This document shows, piece by piece, positions 58,232 to 64,000 of a stretch of DNA of 64,000 bases. The stretch spans positions 21,283-85,282 of the forward strand of contig JBDRNC010000027.1 in the NCBI GenBank assembly GCA_043811535.1. The letters are read 5' to 3'. This DNA is from Elusimicrobiota bacterium. Its GTDB lineage: Bacteria; Elusimicrobiota; Endomicrobiia; Endomicrobiales; JBDRNC01. The translations under genes were made by a program, and so were the position numbers. The notes beneath the pieces were generated by a model. That model saw only the letters and a list, made by a program, of their open reading frames with translations. It searched no databases and was not told where the DNA came from. Every line of letters starts with the position of its first letter. The first letter of the stretch is position 1.

Positions 58232-60385
58232 TTATTTATCTACAACTACTATACCTACAACAGATACCGCAAGAGTCCAGTCGCTTTTTGATTTTTCTTT
58301 GCCATCTAGCATATCCGTCACAATGCCATATTTAAGCTTTATTGTATTTATTCCGTTTTTCATAATACTTGCACGTATTGGTACATTATATATCCTTCTC
58401 CCCCCTCCTAATCCGATATCTGCAAGGTATTGGTTATTTATTGTTAATGCTATAGTTTGTTTATCAGTCCCCAGCGGCAAAGGAAACATATCTATATTAA
58501 GTTCACACTCATGAGCATTTGGAGTATACAAGTATACTTTTGATTCGTAATTAGACGACCAATGTAAGTCTTTTTCACTTATGGATTTCCATCTCGCGTT
58601 TATCCACCCCTCTCCATACCATATTTTTGACCATCTTTCATTTTTGTTATATTTATCTAAAGTGTTCAAACAATTCTTAAATACTACAATATCCTCATTT
58701 TTGTATATACTATTATATTCTCCCAAAGCCATAAAGTACTTGATTATTTTGTTGTTTGTATAAGGCGAATGTAATACTATATATTTAATTTTGTAATAAT
58801 TAAATATTGCTTTCGCTAACTTTTTGTCTTGTAATATATAATCCGGAGTTATATCTTTCCCATCTTGCATATCCAGTATCGTATTTATTATGGGGATATT
58901 TGTGTAATATACTATTTTATCTGTCCTTGATCTTCCTCCGCCTCCGTTTAGTATCCTTTTCCCATGTATCGTCTGAAAAAAGAATACATCCCTTACTTGA
59001 ATCCCTACCTCACTATTTGAATTACCCCATCCTAAAGGCACTTCTAATACCGTACAGTCTTCTTTATCATCCCCTATACTTCTATAATAATCCGGAACGG
59101 TCATTGAACACAGCCCTATAGGTACGCTGATAAATTCAAAAAGTAATATTGCTGCAATTATTGACGTTATTATGTATTTTTGCGTATTATTCTTTACTTT
59201 ATACAACAAATACTTAACTGCAATACCAGATAATACCGCTAAGCACAACTCCATCATCACTACAAAGCGCGATGGTACCCTTACTGCATTTAATATAGGC
59301 AATTTCTCAAATATATAATATGTATATAGTCTTACCGGTTCCTTAATATATGGAATAATTACATTCCCGCCCAGAGTAAACAAAGTAAATATCACTAGTA
59401 GTATTGACCATATTATAATAATATTGTCCTTTCTTATTCTTGCGAAGATAATCACACAAGATAATATCATTACAAAGTAACCGGTTGATATCGTACTTTC
59501 CATTAAGACTTGATCGCTTTTCTTTTTATTGTCCCCAAAGAAAGTGTTTATAGGGTTTGGCATAACTAGGTCTATAATATTCGCGTTTATAAATTTGTAT
59601 ACCGATGTGTCCGGTGTTTGATATGCCTTGTTATTTATGTCTTTTAAAATAAAATATATTAAAGGCGACATTATAATAATAAACGTCGTAAATAGTATCG
59701 CCAACTTCTTTACTATATTTGCGGATTCCTTATTTCTGTTAATAAAATACCATGCAATTATGTATATTATTGTAAAAAACCCCAAATATATCATGTAATA
59801 ATAGTGGCACGTGGCTGTTAAGGCTAGAAATGCGCCTGCATATACAGCATATTTATATTTTTCTTTCTCGTTTAATGTTTTAATAAGGTATAGAGCATAA
59901 TACGGAATCCATTGCATATTTATTAAATCTATTGAACTAATCACTATTTTGGCACTTCTAAAAGGACAAAATGCGAATATTAATCCTGCAATAAATGCAG
60001 CAAGTTTGCTTCCTGTAATATACTTAACTAGTAGATATGCCCCAAATCCAGATAACACATAAGTCAGTAATATAAATAAATTGTTAATAAATATTAAATT
60101 AAACACATATTGCAACGGTATTGATACAAGATTATTGAGTGTAAGAAAATTATATGTTAACAGCTCAATTCCTATTGGATAAAACATGTAATCTGAATAG
60201 AACGGGTTGCAGTGCAGGTCCATAAGCGCTTTTTTCATCCACCACATATTCCATATAAAATAGTAGTTGTCCCCTCCATACCCCGGAATATGCGTGAAAA
60301 TGTTAAATATCAGGGGATATGTCATTATCAGCGACAGTACAGTGTACAATGACAGAATAATCGCGCTTTCTTTCCACTTATTCAT
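58232..60385 (-). CDS. Polytopic membrane protein, YfhO/GT-C-like
   Basis: Motifs TYPLI...GD...FIWNMWW, AFCP, RVPSRF and QTIHGKRILNG. Confidence 0.65.
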   Translation of the reverse strand: MNKWKESAIILSLYTVLSLIMTYPLIFNIFTHIPGYGGDNYYFIWNMWWMKKALMDLHCNPFYSDYMFYPIGIELLTYNFLTLNNLVSIPLQYVFNLIFINNLFILLTYVLSGFGAYLLVKYITGSKLAAFIAGLIFAFCPFRSAKIVISSIDLINMQWIPYYALYLIKTLNEKEKYKYAVYAGAFLALTATCHYYYMIYLGFFTIIYIIAWYFINRNKESANIVKKLAILFTTFIIIMSPLIYFILKDINNKAYQTPDTSVYKFINANIIDLVMPNPINTFFGDNKKKSDQVLMESTISTGYFVMILSCVIIFARIRKDNIIIIWSILLVIFTLFTLGGNVIIPYIKEPVRLYTYYIFEKLPILNAVRVPSRFVVMMELCLAVLSGIAVKYLLYKVKNNTQKYIITSIIAAILLFEFISVPIGLCSMTVPDYYRSIGDDKEDCTVLEVPLGWGNSNSEVGIQVRDVFFFQTIHGKRILNGGGGRSRTDKIVYYTNIPIINTILDMQDGKDITPDYILQDKKLAKAIFNYYKIKYIVLHSPYTNNKIIKYFMALGEYNSIYKNEDIVVFKNCLNTLDKYNKNERWSKIWYGEGWINARWKSISEKDLHWSSNYESKVYLYTPNAHECELNIDMFPLPLGTDKQTIALTINNQYLADIGLGGGRRIYNVPIRASIMKNGINTIKLKYGIVTDMLDGKEKSKSDWTLAVSVVGIVVVDK

Positions 60386-60445
60386 TTGACACTCCTTAGT
60401 TTAGTTGCAACGCAATTTATTAATGCTCTTTTGCCCTATAAGTTA

Positions 60446-62593
60446 TTAAAGAATTCTCATCTCAAATACCACAACCCCGTCCATCTTCCTGCCTGCATTC
60501 GCTTTTTTAGCCGAAGGATCCTTTTCAATCGCGTATTCTAATTTTATTGTATTGATTCCTTTTACTGTATTACTTCCTTTTATCTTAATCATGTAATCGC
60601 TGGGCTGCCGGTCCATCTTGATAGCACAAATATCATTATCGTTCACCTTCATATTGAACGACTGCATGTTTGTACCCGATTCCATCGGCTGCATCTTTAA
60701 TACAACCGTTCTGTCTTTTATCGTTCCGCAATATAGATATATTGATGATTCCCTGCCCGTAGATACCCGCGCTTCCACTATCCTTGTCTTGTCAATTACG
60801 CTGTTCTTTGTTATCCAGCCGGCACCGTACCATAACTTGCAGAATTCAGCATTACCTCTGCTTGCAATGGCATCATTCCCTATTTTGTAAATCGTTGCTT
60901 CGTTATCCTTTTCCATTATGTCGTATTTCGTTATTCCTTCTACATATTTCCTGTACGAATCAGTATTGCACGGTCCGCGCAATATGACGTATTTTATCCT
61001 ATAATAATCAAACATTGCGGGCGCCAATATCCCGTCTTCCCCTAACCTTTCTCTTGTCGTTGCCAGGCCTTCTTGCATTTCCCTGATTGTTTTTATTATC
61101 GGTATGTCGATATAATACGTTATTTTGTCCGCTCTTGACCTTGCCCCGCCTCCGTTTAATATCCTTTTCTCGTGTATTGTCTGGTAATAAAACACATCTC
61201 TTGCCTGCACACCTGCCTCATAGTTTGAATTATTCCATCCCAGAGGCACTTCTAATACCGTGCAATCTTCCTTGTCTTTCGCTATTTCTTCGTAAATACC
61301 GGGCACTTTTACCGCGCAAAGCCTAATCGGTATGCTGATATATCCGAAGATTATCACTGCTGCGACAGCCGAAATGGTTACGTACCTGTTCGCGCGTGTT
61401 TTCACTTTTCCCAATATGTATTTAACCGCAAATCCCGACAACACCGCCAGGCACAGCTCAATCATCACCGCAAATCGCGACGGCACTCTTACCGCGTTCA
61501 ATATCGGCAATTTCTCGAACAATATATATGTGTACATCCTAACCGGCTCTTTCACAAACGGCAATATCGCTTTCTCGCCTAAAGTAAACACCGCAAACAC
61601 CGCAAACAATATTGCCCATATTTTGACATTATTGTCTTTTCTATATTTTGCTACGATAGCCAGGCATGATAATACCAAGACAAAATAACCGGATAAGACC
61701 ACACTTTCCATCAGCACAAAGTCATCCTTGCTCTTGTCATCACCGTAAAACGAGTTTATAGGGTTTATTTTTACGAGGTCCGCCAATTTAGTGTATACGG
61801 GCTTATATATTGATGTGCCGGTTGTTTCGAACGCGTTGTTTCTTATGTCCTTACTGATAAAATATATCATTGGGGACATCAAGATAACAAATGCCGCGCT
61901 CAGTATCGCCAGTTTTTTAATTGTTTTTATATAGTCCATTCTCTTATTTGTCAGGTGCCACAATATTGCGTATATGGCCGTGAATACCCCCAAGAAGACC
62001 ATATAATAATAATGGCATGTTGTTGTTAAGGCCAGAAATACGCCCGCGCATACCGCGTATTTATACCTGTCTTCCTCATTCAAGGTTTTTATCAGGTATA
62101 AAGCATAAAACGGGATCCATTGTGTGTTAATCAGATCTATTGAGCCCAGCATTATTTTCGTGCTTCTGTAAGGGCAGAACGCGAATATCACTCCGGCGAC
62201 AAAGGCCGCGTATTTATTCCCTGTCAGATATTTCACCAGCAGATATGCTCCGAACCCGGACAGCATGTACGTCATCAATACAAATACATTGTTGATAAAT
62301 ATTAAATTAAACACGTACTGAAGCGGTATAGAAACAAGATTGTTGAATGCAAGAAAATTATACGTCAGCAGCTCTATCCCGACTGGATAAAATACGTAAT
62401 TTGAATAGAACGGGTTGCAGTGCAGGTCCACCAGCGCCTTTTTCATCCACCACATGTTCCATATGAAATAGTAATTATCCCCTCCATATCCGGGCATGTG
62501 CGTAAACATGTTAAATATCAGGGGATATGTCATAATCAGCGACAGCACAGCGTACAATGACAGAATAATTACATTCTCTTTCCACTTATTCAT
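60446..62593 (-). CDS. Polytopic membrane protein, YfhO/GT-C-like (tandem paralog)
   Basis: Colinear with 58232..60385 and shares the AAGGAGTGTCAAATG start context. Confidence 0.65.
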   Translation of the reverse strand: MNKWKENVIILSLYAVLSLIMTYPLIFNMFTHMPGYGGDNYYFIWNMWWMKKALVDLHCNPFYSNYVFYPVGIELLTYNFLAFNNLVSIPLQYVFNLIFINNVFVLMTYMLSGFGAYLLVKYLTGNKYAAFVAGVIFAFCPYRSTKIMLGSIDLINTQWIPFYALYLIKTLNEEDRYKYAVCAGVFLALTTTCHYYYMVFLGVFTAIYAILWHLTNKRMDYIKTIKKLAILSAAFVILMSPMIYFISKDIRNNAFETTGTSIYKPVYTKLADLVKINPINSFYGDDKSKDDFVLMESVVLSGYFVLVLSCLAIVAKYRKDNNVKIWAILFAVFAVFTLGEKAILPFVKEPVRMYTYILFEKLPILNAVRVPSRFAVMIELCLAVLSGFAVKYILGKVKTRANRYVTISAVAAVIIFGYISIPIRLCAVKVPGIYEEIAKDKEDCTVLEVPLGWNNSNYEAGVQARDVFYYQTIHEKRILNGGGARSRADKITYYIDIPIIKTIREMQEGLATTRERLGEDGILAPAMFDYYRIKYVILRGPCNTDSYRKYVEGITKYDIMEKDNEATIYKIGNDAIASRGNAEFCKLWYGAGWITKNSVIDKTRIVEARVSTGRESSIYLYCGTIKDRTVVLKMQPMESGTNMQSFNMKVNDNDICAIKMDRQPSDYMIKIKGSNTVKGINTIKLEYAIEKDPSAKKANAGRKMDGVVVFEMRIL

Positions 62594-62756
62594 TTGACAC
62601 TCCTTTTTCATACAAAGCTATGATTTTACAATAAAAATAATAAACACATAAAGTGTTGTTTTTACGCATGATAAGACAATCAGTAGGAAGTATTTGTACT
62701 ATTTGTTGCCCCCTGGGGTTGGATGGGTGGTGGGTTAGCTTTTACTGTCTAATAAG

Positions 62757-62785
62757 ATTCTATTTTTTTATCCAGCGTTTGTCAA
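62757..62785 (-). promoter_or_regulatory. Sigma-70 promoter
   Basis: TTGACA-17 nt-TAGAAT. Confidence 0.65.
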
Positions 62786-62912
62786 GAACCATTTTGCCGG
62801 AAACCAATAAAAAAAGGGGACGGTTCTATTTTCACGAAACGAAAAATAGAACCGTCCCCTTTTTTTCTAAATTAAGTATTGTGTCCCCGGAATTCCCTGT
62901 TGGCTGAAGTAC

Positions 62913-63989
62913 TTAATACAAATTAATTGCAGTAGTAAAATTATAATTCAAAAATAGACTTATCCCCCCGAAATCAACATCAGACCATTCGCCATCGCTC
63001 GTCGGCGAATATGAATATTTTAATATTGCGCCAAAATCTTTGTAATTATAACCCCATTTTACAAAATAAGTAGTAAAATCTTTGCTGAATACGTTGGGAT
63101 AGACGCTATCATTTACTGAACTCCGAAATTTGCCAAGCCCTATTTCGCCATAGAAATAATCAAACTGATTTCTTGCGAATTTTCTTATAAAACCGAAATC
63201 AATAGATTGCAAAGACAACAATTCCTTTGAATACCTAGTTGTACTGTTATACTCCCCTGTTAAATAATTACGAAGGTATTCTCTTGCCTTAACAACCACT
63301 AAATCATCCAAATGCATACTTCCTTCATCGTCGTATTGGAAATAACCTATATTCAAGCCGTAGTTACCTTTAAAAAAACTAATATCAGCTTCCAAGGATA
63401 GGTTTCCATTATGATGCTTATTTACTTTCGGGTCTAATGGACTGAAATATCCCATTTTAGGGCTAAAAACAATCCATACCTTTTTTGCGTTAGCCATTCT
63501 TTCTATTATGACAACACCCGAGAACTTCTCCGAAAGGTCTGAAGCAATGCCGGCGAACTCATTAGTATCACCGCAGTTTAAGGTTTCCGATTTGTCTATC
63601 TTCGCGGATTCAACATCTATTAGATTGGCGGTAATATAGTAGGTTTCCTTCAGTTTTGAAACAGAACCCATTACCATCTTCCTTACGTTCAAAATCTTTC
63701 CCATGTTCACCGCATCATCTGTAGACGTTACGCCGGTTTGCTGGAACACCACTTCCCTGAGTATCTTCTCCATATTCGCTTTTTCAACCACGTTAAACGT
63801 CCCTGTTTTTACAAGTTCGGTCCTTAGAAAATCCGTAAATATTGAGGCCTCTGACGCGGGAACATCCTTCCCTTCAAAGTCCACGACCGCAATATTCTCG
63901 CGTATCTTACTCTTTTCAGTAAGCTCCGCACTATTAGCGCTGGATACAATAAATATTATTGAAAACAGAAAGACATAGTATTTATTCAT
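62913..63989 (-). CDS. CsgG/FlgO(TolB-N)-like domain fused to an outer-membrane beta-barrel
   Basis: NIAVVDF...F.VVEK.NMEKIL.E...A...GKILNV...GSV, followed by aromatic strands. Confidence 0.7.
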   Translation of the reverse strand: MNKYYVFLFSIIFIVSSANSAELTEKSKIRENIAVVDFEGKDVPASEASIFTDFLRTELVKTGTFNVVEKANMEKILREVVFQQTGVTSTDDAVNMGKILNVRKMVMGSVSKLKETYYITANLIDVESAKIDKSETLNCGDTNEFAGIASDLSEKFSGVVIIERMANAKKVWIVFSPKMGYFSPLDPKVNKHHNGNLSLEADISFFKGNYGLNIGYFQYDDEGSMHLDDLVVVKAREYLRNYLTGEYNSTTRYSKELLSLQSIDFGFIRKFARNQFDYFYGEIGLGKFRSSVNDSVYPNVFSKDFTTYFVKWGYNYKDFGAILKYSYSPTSDGEWSDVDFGGISLFLNYNFTTAINLY

Positions 63990-64000
63990 TGATTTCTCAA

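Noticed and set aside
62600..62756. Riboswitch in the leader of the membrane-protein pair
   Set aside because: A C-rich segment is present, but I cannot match any aptamer consensus. An Rfam search would be needed.

Overview
Bacterial chromosomal window in which essentially every real gene is on the minus strand. Gene content and protein style (PorV-like barrels, YPNP/FlgD-like C-terminal domains, TPR proteins) suggest Elusimicrobiota or a similar diderm lineage; this is inference only. Housekeeping core: GH57, apt, sigma-70, acyP, pcm, panD, mscS, HU/IHF, plsY-der-pgsA, hflX-miaA, an F-type ATP synthase operon, mutL/mutS, miaB and the carboxy(nor)spermidine genes. Also present are three tRNA loci, several outer-membrane/secreted proteins, and an AT-richer island (about 48.4-64 kb) with a 2660-aa adhesin-like protein and glycosylation-type membrane proteins. 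The most striking property is a dense set of about ten families of short palindromic or periodic elements at most gene boundaries. They nest inside each other, interrupt tRNA loops, insert in frame into hflX, miaB and nspC, and supply stop codons. Top candidates for undescribed systems: (1) an ORF6N gene whose variable motif is encoded by a palindrome, with two non-coding alternative palindromic cassettes of identical geometry just downstream; (2) four-helix-bundle genes bracketed by inverted 7- or 8-nt periodic arms, with dispersed empty copies; (3) a 14-nt CCGCC/GGCGG palindrome that replaces short sequences, including in tRNA loops; (4) a Patescibacteria-like atp operon splitting the mutL-miaA junction; (5) T9SS-like cargo/PorV-TPR gene pairs.
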